A stretch of DNA of 64,000 nucleotides from positions 1,240,001 to 1,304,000 of the forward strand of contig BQFW01000008.1 of NCBI GenBank assembly GCA_020891255.1. Reading direction: 5' to 3'. The notes under the pieces were generated by a model. That model was not told the DNA's origin and did no database searches. It saw nothing but the letters and a program-made list of their open reading frames with translations. Shown here piece after piece: positions 36,061 through 48,180 of the stretch; the stretch's first letter is position 1, and each line of letters opens with the position of its first letter. Source of the DNA: Entomortierella parvispora E1425 (taxonomy: Eukaryota; Fungi; Mortierellomycota). Made by a program: the position numbers and the translations under genes.

Positions 36061-36103
36061 TGATGTTGTCTTTTGGTGACAGACGCTGTACGTAAACGTT
36101 TCC

Positions 36104-37489
36104 TTAGTTGTGGGGCTGTGTGTTGTATCCACCAGTGTTGCCACTATAGGCGGTCGAGTCGGTAGATGTGGCCCCGGTGGGGACCGAGCCTCCGTGCAAG
36201 GTGTGATCGGCAGGGACAGCCTTGACAACCACGGGCTCGATCTTCTCAGTGACAATGGTACGGGGAGGTGCATGGGCGATATGGGTCGAGGCTGAGGATG
36301 CAACGTGAGCAGCACGCGTGCGGCGCCAGCAGAGACCAATGAGACCGGCCAAAAGGGCGGCAGCCAAAAGACCCAAGACAATACCAGCAATGGCACCGCC
36401 AGAAATGTGACGAGACTGGGTCGTCACAGGGAAAGGAGAGTCAGTGGGGGCCAAGATTGGCTGAGCAGTGGTGGTGCCGACAATGGTGGTACCAGTGCGG
36501 GTTCCTCGCCCGACGGAAGGAGTAGATGTTCCACGGATAATACCAGGAGTGCCAGAGACCCAAGTGGTAGTTCCAGGCAAGATGGTAGTACCATTAACAA
36601 TAGCGGTGGCGCTCACAATACGGGTAGTACCAGAAACAACACCATTCTGGCCACCATAGTAAGTAGTACCATTGTAGTAGCGGGTAGCGGGCTTGCCAGT
36701 GGCAGCAGGACCAGAGGGAGTGGAGGTGCCACGGATGATGCCTGGAGTACCCGACACCCATGTAGTTGTTCCGGGGAGAATGGTTGTGTTTCCAACAACG
36801 GCAGTAGCGCTGACAATACGAGTTGTTCCAGAAACAACGCCGGTTTGACCACCGTAGTAGGTTGTACCGTTATAAATACGTGTTGCGGAATTTCCGTTGG
36901 AGTCGTTGGGGTCAAGAGTGCCGGTAGGCCCACTGCCGCCTGGACGGGTTGGAGTTCCAATTGGGAAAGTAGAGGTTCCCTGACCAGGGCGATATTGATC
37001 AGGATTTCCGAAGGGGTTGTTAAGACCTCCTCCACAGCGATTAATAAGACCTTGGACGTTCACGGCATGCTTGAAAGTGGCAAATCCAAGAAGAGCAAGG
37101 TGTGAGAACTTCACATGTTTTATTTTCTTACATCGCGAAGAGATCGATACTTACGTGGTAAAACTGGGTCGTGCTGCGGCGGCACTGACAAGCGGCATAG
37201 TTGTCAACATAGGGCTGGTTGCACTGCTTCTTATTGCACTCGTCCTTGTTCACTTTAGGGTTGTAGCAGACCACTGTGATAGTTGTTGGTTAAAAACGAC
37301 ATAAACATACTGTTCCTTTTTCCATCGGTTCATGACACGGGTCGAGTCAAGTCAATACATCATTCGCTTACAAGGAAACACATTGAGCTGCTTGCAAGAG
37401 TACGAGACGGACTGAGGATCCGGGCAGACATAGGCTGAGACCGTAGAAAACGCGGCAACCACCGCGGTGATCATGAAGGTAGACTTCAT
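36104..37489 (-). CDS. Secreted/type-I membrane protein: signal peptide, 8-Cys domain, duplicated Thr/Gly-rich repeat, TM helix
   Basis: MKSTFMITAVVAAFSTVSA; spliced 8-Cys domain; two copies of YNGTTYYGGQ.GVVSGTTRIVSATA.V..TTILPGTTTWVSGTPGIIRGTSTP; ISGGAIAGIVLGLLAAALLAGLIGLCWRR. Confidence 0.8.
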
Positions 37490-37900
37490 TTGAGATGGGT
37501 GCGGTTGGAATAGAATGAGAAAAGGATTAAGCCCCAACGGATGACTGAGGACGAAGACGCCGGTAATGTGCGCGCGCGAATGTGGGGAAAGGGTAAAAGG
37601 AAAAAAGATGTAGATCAAAGATTACTTGCACAGGTAGTTCAAACTCAAAGACAAAAAAAAAAGTCATAGCCAAGTAGTACGTGGAAGTCTCGTCTAGGAC
37701 AATCTACCAAGCAACCGCGTTGCATGATAGTCCGGGGTGGAGCTGCCATCCCCATGGTTTGGAGAGAAAAGATAGTGGAGAAAAAAAAAATTGAACGCGA
37801 GACGTGTTTCATCAATTTTTTTGTGGATGTGACAAAAGCCAATAGCGCTGGCTTCTTTATTTATTTATTTTTCACGTTTTTTTCCTGCCGTGTGGGGACC

Positions 37901-39574
37901 TCAGTCAAACCGTTCAGCTGTTTTGGCCACAGGTGAAGATGCAAAGCCCGCTGGCAGGTTGCGTGCAGCTGGAGAGAGAGAAATCTGTGAAGAAGAGAAC
38001 ATGGAGGATGGAGACAGCTGCGGCTCTGGACCCGGGTAATTCGCGTAAGCACCGTTGCAACGATGTCGACTCCAACCTCCACTACAGAATGACCGAGATC
38101 TTTGTGTGGGTGTTGATCTTCCGGAAGAAGGTGAGTAGCCAGCAGAATGAAATGGTGACGCGGGAGGGTAGCCGAACGAGATCGGTGAGGTTCGTGGCGT
38201 TGTAGAGGCGGAGGTCGACCCTGGTGGAGGATAGGTTGGGGGTGGTGGCATCAGTAGCGTTAGATGCTGAGCATTACGGTGTGGACGCGTGGGTTTCGGA
38301 ACATTGAGGCTTTTACGAGGCACAGGAGCCCCATAAGATTCTGCTGTTGGAGGCAGAGGCATGGACGTGAATGGCGGATAGGGTGCGGGAGGCAGGATTT
38401 GAGAGAGAGTTTTAGATCCACGGACGTGAGCAGATGGACTTTTGTAGAGGCCGGGCTCCCTGGCCTTCAACGACTTGCCATGGGAGACTGATTGATGCCA
38501 GGCCATAGCCCGCGGCAATGGCGAGGAACTAGGCGAGTGTGGTGAAGGCACTTGTGCTGGATCAACGTGTTGTGCAAGGGGTTTTGGCTCACTGAGACCA
38601 TTCTCTTCCGACTGACTCTTGTGATTTGGATCTTGTTGTAATTCTGCTGTGGTGCTATCGTTCGATGGATCCTTGATGGCCAACTCAATTGATTCGGTTG
38701 AAGGGCCGGTTTCCTGCTGGTAAGAAGGAAACCTGTCTTTCGATACTTGCTTGTCATGGAAAATAGTAGGGGGGTATGTGGGAGAATACGATGTCGAATG
38801 ATGGGAGCGTGAGGAAGAGGGTATAGGCTCGATGTTCCTGGATGTCATGTTAACTAGAGCTGGCTCAGAGGTAAGCTCGTTGCGTGAGTACTTTCGGTCC
38901 AGTTCTTGGACATGTCCGTCTTTGTCGTCAAAGTGTAAATCATCCGTCGACGTTAACCTATGACCCCTTGAAGCCCATGTTACGGACGTCTTGACTGAGC
39001 GGTGGATCAAACGGAAAATCCCAACGATGAGGAGTACGGCCAGCACGCCAACAGCGGCAAGGAGGACCACAAGGATCGGGGATGAAAAGATGTTCTCTTG
39101 ATGAGCGACTCCGAACGGATCGTTGCCCAAGCTAACCACTTGGCTCCGAGAGGGAGGAAGGGGCAGTCTTGTTGAATTCATGTTGACACAGACGTGCCGG
39201 AGTGGGTCGCATGTCCCTGCATAACACGGAATGTCATTGGAGCAGTAGTTCAAAAGACACGTCTTGTCGACTCCATATTCGTAGCTTCTGCAGCTGTCAG
39301 CCACACGTGCCGTGTCAAAATTACACCCCAGGCTGAACAGGCGAACGGGAGGCGGTGTCAAAGAAATGAATTGTTGCTCGTTGGGAAGGCATTGACAAAC
39401 ACCATCGATGCAGTCAATGTTGGAAGGGCAAGGGTTTTTGTGGGAGCAGAATAAGGCATTTTTGATGCAGTGCTTTCTATCGTAGATGGACTCGGTCTCG
39501 TCACAGTTGAGATCCTGGAGTTCCTGACTCTTGTCACCATCGTTGTCGATTAAAGGTAGGGAGAGCTGCACCAT
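37901..39574 (-). CDS. Single-pass membrane protein with Cys-rich ectodomain and Ser/Pro-rich tail
   Basis: Long single ORF; Cys clusters CSHKNPCPSNIDCIDGVCQC and CLLNYCSNDIPCYAGTCD; TM segment PILVVLLAAVGVLAVLLIVGIF. Confidence 0.7.
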   Translation of the reverse strand: MVQLSLPLIDNDGDKSQELQDLNCDETESIYDRKHCIKNALFCSHKNPCPSNIDCIDGVCQCLPNEQQFISLTPPPVRLFSLGCNFDTARVADSCRSYEYGVDKTCLLNYCSNDIPCYAGTCDPLRHVCVNMNSTRLPLPPSRSQVVSLGNDPFGVAHQENIFSSPILVVLLAAVGVLAVLLIVGIFRLIHRSVKTSVTWASRGHRLTSTDDLHFDDKDGHVQELDRKYSRNELTSEPALVNMTSRNIEPIPSSSRSHHSTSYSPTYPPTIFHDKQVSKDRFPSYQQETGPSTESIELAIKDPSNDSTTAELQQDPNHKSQSEENGLSEPKPLAQHVDPAQVPSPHSPSSSPLPRAMAWHQSVSHGKSLKAREPGLYKSPSAHVRGSKTLSQILPPAPYPPFTSMPLPPTAESYGAPVPRKSLNVPKPTRPHRNAQHLTLLMPPPPTYPPPGSTSASTTPRTSPISFGYPPASPFHSAGYSPSSGRSTPTQRSRSFCSGGWSRHRCNGAYANYPGPEPQLSPSSMFSSSQISLSPAARNLPAGFASSPVAKTAERFD

Positions 39575-40813
39575 GGTGTGGATAGGGGGATGCAGGGGAG
39601 GGGGTAAGGGAGGAAGCAAGGGACAAGGGAAGATAAAGACAGTGAGAGGATGAAGAGGAGAAAGATGAAGAGGGGGTCAAAGAGGAGCAAACAACAACAA
39701 CAACAACAACAGGGACAGATATTCTCAAGAAAAAAAAAGACCGCCTTGGAGGTCGAAATCACGGCGAGGAGATCGCTCCAACTGCCAACTGAGACGCGCC
39801 TGTGTCTGAGTTTGCTATTCTCGGTCGCTTTCGTTTCTTGCTGTGGTCGCTTGTTGCCCTGGGTACCTGCAGCAACTGCGAAGAAGGGTCTGATCCTGTT
39901 TTTGATAAACAGCAGTTACCGAATGCACGGGAAATGGGCAGATAGCCCTCCTAAAATTAACGCTCTCTTCTCTCTTGGGTCTTTGAATAGCATGGAACAA
40001 GTAGAAAGATAGACGCGCTCAAACTTTCCCGCCGAAGCAAAGGGGCCGTTTGGGCTGAGCTGCAGCAATATTTTTCATGCTTCGTGGAATGTTATGTCTC
40101 AACTGACGATGAACATCTTCATGAACAGTTGACGACGAAGAGGGCAGCAATGTTCGCGTATGTTGAAAAGTCGTCAAGGCTAACTCACAATATCACTGGT
40201 GCTGTCTGACTGGCGCCGAAACCGCCTTCTGATTCGAGTTTGCTCAGCAATTGAACCGGCCGATCTGTACATGTACGCCGTAAGACCTCGAGCAAGCTGC
40301 CTTGTGTTTTTTGCACAGAGGTTATAAGAAGCCCGCTAGACCCAGCAAGGAAGAAAGAACAAGTTTCTTCAGTGCAGTCCAGTAGAACCGCGGAAAGGAA
40401 AAACTCGAGTTGAGCTCATTTCCCCCATTCTCTTCAGGATTAACTCCATTCATTCACTTCACCCTTTTGTCGACATTCACTCTTCCCGGTCCCGTTTTCA
40501 TTTATTTTCCACAAAAGAACCGCTGACATCCACCTTCTCGCCATTGATTCTCCAAGTGAAGCACCCTACCATTCTTGGACATTGCACAGACACTACCTTT
40601 TCTCCCCTCCTCCTCCCTCTTCACTCTTCCAAAATCTTTTCTTCCCACGACTCTCTACCACTCTCATCCCTAGCAGCTCTTCACTCCTTCTTCCGAGCAT
40701 CGCCAGATCGATTACAAAGAAAGAGGCACTGACAAGAAGGTGTAGGTCCCTTTCCCTCGTTTTATTCTCAGCTGGAACCTCTGGAGTTCTTTTTTGTATC
40801 TTCTCGGACAGCT

Positions 40814-42258
40814 ATGGACAAGCTCGGAGAGCCGTTACCACCGACACAGCCAGAGGACGAGCTGGTGAATCAAGCCGCCCCATCATCATCGTTGCAGCCC
40901 GCTTTGCTGACGGATGACAGTCGGAGTCGATTCAGTTTAGGCGCTCTTTCTAAATACGAGAACAGTGCGCCTGCGGACGGGAGCAACCAGAGTGATGATG
41001 CCATCACACGCCATTGCTCTCCCCCTCTCAGCCAAAACCGCGCGACACACACCCACCAGGACAACTGCGAACATTATGAACAAGACTGTGATGGCCACAA
41101 CGGCAATCAGAACGTACCGGAACCGTGCCTGGATCACTCACCCGAGCGGCCTGCTTTGGCTGTTATCCAGTCCCCTCGAGATCGTCGGAGGACACTGTCG
41201 TTGCAGTCACGAGCTCATTCCGAACGGTCTTTTCGGATACCCGATGGAGATCTGGCCAAAGACCAGACAACTCCTTGTGATCTCCATGGTGACCACGGGA
41301 CAAGCGCCATGGAGGAGGAAGAGGCTGCGCTGCAATGTGCTGCCGAGCTGCGAGCGGCCAAAAGGGCCTCTCTGATTACATCAAACAATTCCAAAATCTC
41401 AAAGTTGGCTTCAAAGACACTGAACAGCCTTGGGTTGTCCTCGGAGCTGCCTCTCTCCGCGACATTAACGCCACCAGAGTGCATTGAAGACGAGGAAGAG
41501 CATGATAACTTCCTGTCTGGACTCTGCATTCCAGAGTCAAAGTTTTTCATGACGAGTGTCATTTGCAGTAACACGATGACTCGAGATGGACTCGGTAGGT
41601 TGTGATGATAATGGTCATGATGATGCTCTGGGTGTGGTTTCTGCAACTGAAAACAGCAATAAGGGGAGAACCGAAAAAAACACCCCACTCATCGTCAGTA
41701 TGGTTTTAGCCAACGAGCGCACTTTCCTTGCATGGTCGAACGTGTGTGTCGCTCTCTGCTTGGTATCGTTCACCTTCATTTCCAAGTCATTCTCACTGGA
41801 CTCGCTGGATTTCATTACTCGTCCAGGGCAACCAGCACCCCACAAAGACAAACTGTCGATGGGGGTCGGGTACACTTGCTTCATCACCGCCTTCCTCGCC
41901 TCCATTTACAATGTCCTTCGATACCTCAGGTAAAAGACAAACCGGAAAAGGAACGCAAAGAGAGCCAAAAAGCGTGGGATGAATGTTTATTTGCTGTGGC
42001 CGTTTTTGATTGCACTTTGGGGTTGAGTTTGGACCTTCAATTCTCAAATCGGACTTGTGTGTTATTATTTTTCTTTTCAAAATAGGAATATCCGGAGAAT
42101 CTCCACACGATACCCGTTTGCTCAAGAGGGCAAATGGACTTTTACTGTCGGAATGTTCCTGGGAATACTCATCATGGTCATCCTCGTTCTCGCTTATACC
42201 ACTCACATCTAACAGCGCGTTGTCAGTGCGCGCGCATGCGACAGAGTTGACCCACTAG
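40814..42258 (+). CDS. DUF202-family membrane protein with long disordered N-terminus
   Basis: LANERTFLAWSNVCVALCLVSF motif after an intron; further TM segments. Confidence 0.75.
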
Positions 42259-42499
42259 GGAATAGCCTCCACCCATCCTTTCAGAGTGTTGAGAAAGTTC
42301 TTTGACTGGAGGAGTTGGGTTGTAGATCATAGAGCACATGCATAGAACACATGCATAGAGCACACGAATACCATCATATTTTGCATTTAGAGATGATATT
42401 TGATAATGTTTTTGTTTGGTTTTATAGTGGGGATATTAAGAGAGGAGAGTAATATACAAGAGAGACAAAACGAGCGCTACTACAAAAGAGGATCTCCTT

Positions 42500-44229
42500 T
42501 TAAGCACGAGCGTAGGTGCGACGGAACTTCTCGTCAACGCGGAGGAGGTAGTAGGTGCCCTTGGCGAGGGTAGAGACGTCACCAATGGGGTTGTAGTCCT
42601 TGAGCAAGGCAGTCTCCTCACGCAACTTCAAGAGCTCAGCAAAGCGGGCAGGGGTGACCTTGGTGCGCTGCTCCAAGCGAGTCTTAATCTGGAGGGTATC
42701 TCTGAACTTCTCGGTGGAGGCAACGACCTTCAAGGAGAAGAAGGTGGCGGCAGAGCCGGAACCATAGGAGAACATACCAACACGCTTGTTCAAGATCTCC
42801 TCATCCGAGGAAGAGGACAACAAGCTGGAGAGGCAGGACCAGACCGAGGCAGTGTACATGTTACCGACGTTGGTGGCAGCAAAGAGGGAGGGGATGACCT
42901 TCTTCTGGTACTCGCCCTTGGTGAACTGCATCATGGCGCGCTCGAGACCCTTGTCGTAGTAGGACTCCTCAGAGTGACCAAACTTGGCCCACTCCTTGAC
43001 AGAAGCGTAGAGCTCGTTCTCGGGATCCTGGAGCATGTCGTTGTAGGCCAAACGTCCATAGGCCTTCTGGACCAACTTGCAGTTGGGGGCGTGGAAGACG
43101 GCGTGGTCCAAGTCCTGGCTCTTGATCAATTGCTCGGGGTTGGGGCTGTAACGCTTGGTGAACTTTTTGGTGAAGAGGCTGTAGCAGGCGTCGACGGAGC
43201 GAATGTAGCAAGTGTTGGAGAAGTGTCCATCGACGGTAGGGTATTCGCTGGCAAGCTCGGGCTTGTAAAAGTCCCAAAGATGGTTCATGTGGGTGGCACG
43301 GACACCCTGGTCAAAGACAAGGGGAGCGTTGGGTCCGATGAGGATGGCGACGGCACCGGCACCACCGGTGGGGCGAGCAGGGCCCTCAGCGTAGGAAGCA
43401 ATATCAGCAGCGACAACGAGAGCATAGCGACCATCCCAGGAGGAGGACTCGACCCAGTTGACGGCGTTGAAGACCGAGGCGGTACCTCCGTAGCAAGCGT
43501 TCTTGGTGTCAATTCCCTCAACGTCGTGGTTGCCAGACTCCTCGAACAAGGACATGAGAACAGTCTTGACAGACTTGGACTTGTCAATAATGGACTCTGT
43601 GCCGACCTCGAGGTATCCAATATCCTTGAAAGAAAGGTTGTGCTTCTCAACCAAGTTCTGGACGACTGTGGTGGTTTTGGAACAAAAAAGAAAAAGAAAA
43701 ACGAAAACACAAGGTGGAGCAGATCAGAGAAAAAAAGAGTAATAGACCGTTAGTGATTGCGTTGGTAGTACAGCAGGGATGAGCTCTTTTTCATTTCTCT
43801 CGTGGCTGGTGCTTTTTTCATTCCGAAGCCGGTGTTGTTTTGTGCTTACCGGTCATGGAGATCGAGTTGATATCCTCGCGGTCGTCGCAGACGGCCATCT
43901 GGGTCTGTCCGAGTCCAATGGTGTACTTTCCAGCAGAGACGCCGTCGAACTGCTCGAGCTCAGTCTGGTCAACAAACTAGATGGGAGACAGGATGGGACA
44001 ATCCGGATGAGTTAGACCAGTGTGCATTAACATGAAGTTGAAAAGATGACTTTAGGGACGAATGGAAGGTGTCATCTGTTGCGTTGCATCAGAACAAGAG
44101 TGTCTGATGTAGCAGATGAGGAGTTGCTTCGACAAGTATTAGTAACGGTACCTGAGCAGGGAAGTAGAACTCGAGGGCGTGGATGCCGACGTTGGCGGGG
44201 AAGGTGCTGTTGTTGATGGTTCCGACCAT
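42500..44229 (-). CDS. ERG13: Hydroxymethylglutaryl-CoA synthase
   Basis: [12 protein letters not shown]; [17 protein letters not shown]; [12 protein letters not shown]; GNMYTASV; FSYGSG. Confidence 0.97.
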
Positions 44230-45564
44230 TGTGTCTGAGGGTGTAGATGGTTGAGAGGAGGAGGCGGTGGTGGAGTGGAGAGGGTTGGCGGAGGATGAAG
44301 ATGAAGAAGAAGAAGAAGAAGAAGCGAAAGAAGAGGATGAGACAGCGGTAGATAAAGGCGAGATTAAGGTCATAGTGGCGGATCAGGAGAGGCGACTGAT
44401 TTGCAGGTTGAGTTGAGCAGCGGAGGGACTGTGAGACGAGCGAAGGGAAGAGAGAGAGAGAGAGAGAGAGACAGAGACTGAGAGACCGAGAGGGAGAGTG
44501 GGATGAGGTGATGTCCAGGAACAAAGAACGTTTATTGTAGCTGAAGTCGCGATAATAGGAGTGTCGTGGTGGGTGCACCGTCAAATCAAAATCAACAGCC
44601 GGAAGAGCACCGCGCGGCCTATCTGATTGTTGTGATGATTTTGGGCCTCAGAATCATCCGATCCTCGCTCTGTGGCTTTGTTCCGATTTCAGTGTCTCTG
44701 GGCCCTGTGAAAAATGGCATGATCTTTTTTTTTGTTTGTTCTTGCTGTTCTTGGACGATCATTAATGCTTGTCTGTCTGTTCCCTTCCTTTTTGTTGCTG
44801 CTATGGCTCACCCCCTTCCCTTCTTCCCCCCTCCTCCCTACTTTACAGTACTTGCCATCTTTATCTCTTTGTTTCCTCCTCCTATTTCACAATGATCCAT
44901 CTCTCTTGGCAAATAGACCCAACAACCTTTCTGAGCCCTTTTTGCTCGTAGATCGGCCATTGAGGATCGTTCGTTCCGTATCCTCTAGAGTGCTCCATCC
45001 GTAGTTGTCGCGATCTACCGTGAGCTCAACCTTCTGCACCACAGCAGATGTACTCTTTCAGAACCTAGCAGCAATTGTTTTTTCCAAGGGACCAGCAAGA
45101 AGGGTCGGGGTCACTCCAAAGACCGACACAGCAAATAGTTGATTCACATGCGAGAGCGGACTGTCTTTTACTCTCAAAAGCACGGACTTTTTTTCCTTCT
45201 TTCTGGTACTGTAGCACCTTGTTCGATGAACAAGAGCTCCTGATGGCATAGAGCAGAAAGTAGTAGGGGGCAAAGGTCGATCAATTGCGCTCTCAAAGAT
45301 AGATACTTTTGCCACATATTTTGTTGCAGGATTATTTCGGCGGGTATCTACAATCTACAGAAAACGACTACGGCGGGATATGTCTTCATTCTTATTTAGA
45401 GTTGCATTTCTCAGTGAAGATGCCAAAAATTGTTGCCAGACCACATACAGGAACACAGGACCTCCACTTGTGTAATCAGACAGGAGGGCATCACAACCAT
45501 TAGGAGAAATAGGTGGCAAGTGGCAGATGGTAAAGAGAAGATTGCCTCTCCTTCCGCGATTATT

Positions 45565-46429
45565 TTAATTCACACGGACCAGACCCAAGTCAATACCATG
45601 CTTGCCAGCACCACCTTTGGTACCATAGGCGTAGTAGCCGTTGGTGTTGAGCTGCTTCTCGCGACGGTTGGGGCCAGTGGATTTGCCTCTGCGCTCATCA
45701 CCGTCGGCGTGAATGTCCATCTTCTCGTGTCTGGCTTTGACATCGACAATAGCCATGTCGAGCTCGGGAAGGCGACCGTTCTTGGCACCCTTTATCATGA
45801 TGTTGGCACAGTGGTGGTAGAATTGGTTCGTAGCATAAGCAGTCCAGGAAAAGGCAAAGAGGCACTTGTTCGAGTCTGTGCACGAGGGGACGTTGTGGGG
45901 GATTTGGACAGGCCACTCGTAGTAAATGTCAGGGCAAGTTTTGGTGTACTGACCAATGACTTTCCAAGACTTGCCACCATCGTACGAGAGGGAGAACTCG
46001 CAGGCACCACCACCATGGCGGGCCTGGGCCAGGTTTTTTGGTGGGGGGAACTTCTTGTAGTTCTTGATGTTAAAGTTCCAAAAGCGAACGGGAATAACCT
46101 CACCAGCCTTGTATGTGGTAACAGGACCCTTCTTGTAGCCACCTAAATGAGCAAATGCAGCAAATGCAGCAAATAAATAAGTACCGTTAGTTCATTGTTC
46201 CTTGCATGATGTATTGTACACATTCAGCGGTTCTCGTTCGTAAGCGTAACGTACCGCAAGGAAAAGGCTTTCCATGGTAGCCAATCCAAGCGTGGACTGC
46301 GTTGCTAGGGTTTTTTGTCCAGGGGCCAGCCTGGGCAGGGGGGTTGGAGATGGCCATATGGGCCGAAGAAGTCGAGAGAAAGGAGAGGGTGGCAAGCAGC
46401 ACGCTGCCAAGGATGGTAACGGATTTCAT
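45565..46429 (-). CDS. Secreted LPMO-like protein (AA11-like)
   Basis: Signal peptide ending SSA followed by His; ARHGGGACEFSLSYDGG; QFYHHCANI (candidate second His and axial Tyr). Confidence 0.7.
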
Positions 46430-48180
46430 TTTAAGACGAGGTAGAGGCGAGGAAGGAGTGTGTGCGTGTGTGTGGGGGGGTGGGGAGGGGGATAGTGGAA
46501 GAGGAGGTAAGGGTCGTGGGTCTGAGAATGACGAGTAACAGGCAGAAAAAAAGGTGGACTTCAAGAGACAGAGTGAGAAAAAGAAAGAACATGTACAAGG
46601 GTTCCCTTTTATATTACAGCAACGGCGTTCCCCAGACTAGCTCATTACCTCCCGGGACTTTTTCACAACAACGGTTTTAGTTCTCGGCGCTGTTTATTTG
46701 CACCTTGAGAGAATGCCTGAGCGAGGGAGCACAAGCACTTTGCAAGGCGCAGGCGACATTCCTCCCATCGTTTTCATCCTTCAGGAGATACTCTAGCGCT
46801 AGGTGCTCTTCATCGACCTCCCTGACCTGGGTTGCATTGCGGTTGACTGACGACTCTGGATGAGAGGTTTCAAGGTCTATGGATTGTATTCTTCTTTTGC
46901 CGTAATGTTGTTTGTTTGTCTCGCAAAACAAAAATATATCAAGGTGCAATGTTTTGGAGTGGTTGAAGCGTCCAAAAGGATGGGCGCCCCGTCCATCTAA
47001 CAAGACAATTCGTCTGTTGAAGCAACAGACTGAACAGCAACAAAGAGGCGCAATGTCCGCTGGTGTCAATTACTCTTTGACCACTCGGTGACCACTGTGG
47101 CTTTTACGGTTTGTCCATTGACACCAAGGCTCTTGTTTGGAGCGAGAGAGACAGCGTCGCTGCAAAACCTATCCCGAGTGGCAAAAAAAAAAAAAAAAAA
47201 AAAAAACATTTGCTTTTGAAGGAGATTGTAGACCAGCTGGACATGTAGAACTTACAAAAGTAAATAGTAAGCTCAGGTCCCTCTGGTCTATCATCTTATA
47301 TTGATCGGAAAAACATTTTCAGCCCTTGGATAAGTTGGCGAGTGCGTGTCAACGCACGCCTACTTGTTTCATGATGGTCTGTCAGGAGGGAAAGCGTCAC
47401 TTTAAATGGGATCGGGCACAAAGAAGGGCGGGAGGGATGTTGACGTGGTTCTTTAAATTCGATTTTGTCCACAAGATCCATTGTCTGTTGCCCAAAGATG
47501 GTCATTTCTATCCACACGCCTCTCCCATTCACGGACTTCACGCCCCTCCCGATTTTTTTTACAATAAATTGCAACAGGGGCTCTCATCAACAATGCGTGG
47601 TATAGCCGAAGAGATAACCACTTCCATGTCGTGCCCTACCACCGGATGAACAGGAGGGAGCACACAGGATACAGGAAAAAATGACGCTAGGTCAGTCAAG
47701 CTAGCCCTCTTTTACCGCCGTGGCTGCTGCGTTTGCTCAGAATGTTGTCAGGAGCAAGGCACCTAGGGGCAAAGCGCTCAGCACCATGTGTCTTTGAAAA
47801 AAGAGCTAGTGCAGAGAGACTCTGCACAAAAAAGGATCGTCAGAAAAGTTGTTCCATGTCTCTGTGTCCAAAACGGAGAGCCAGAACACGTTCAAGGCCC
47901 GTACCAAGAACCAGCCGCCACCAAAAGAAGAACGCCACCAAGAACCAGCCAAACGCCACCAACCTTTTAGATCACATGACCTGAGATGTGACTGCTCTAT
48001 CAAGTTGATGCAGAGAAAACGCATGATCCTTCTTGTGGGATCAGCATCCCCATCGCAAGACACCAGCCCCAGAGCAGGAACCGAGAGCCACCTGTGAAAA
48101 AGCAATCCTCCCGTCGAGCAAGGAAAAACAGCAGAAAAGCGCTAGAAAGATAGACTTCTCCCTTTATACCATCACACAAC

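Noticed and set aside
46677-48105. Several 80-130-aa ORFs between the LPMO-like gene and TIM23
   Set aside because: No recognisable motif or consistent exon structure.
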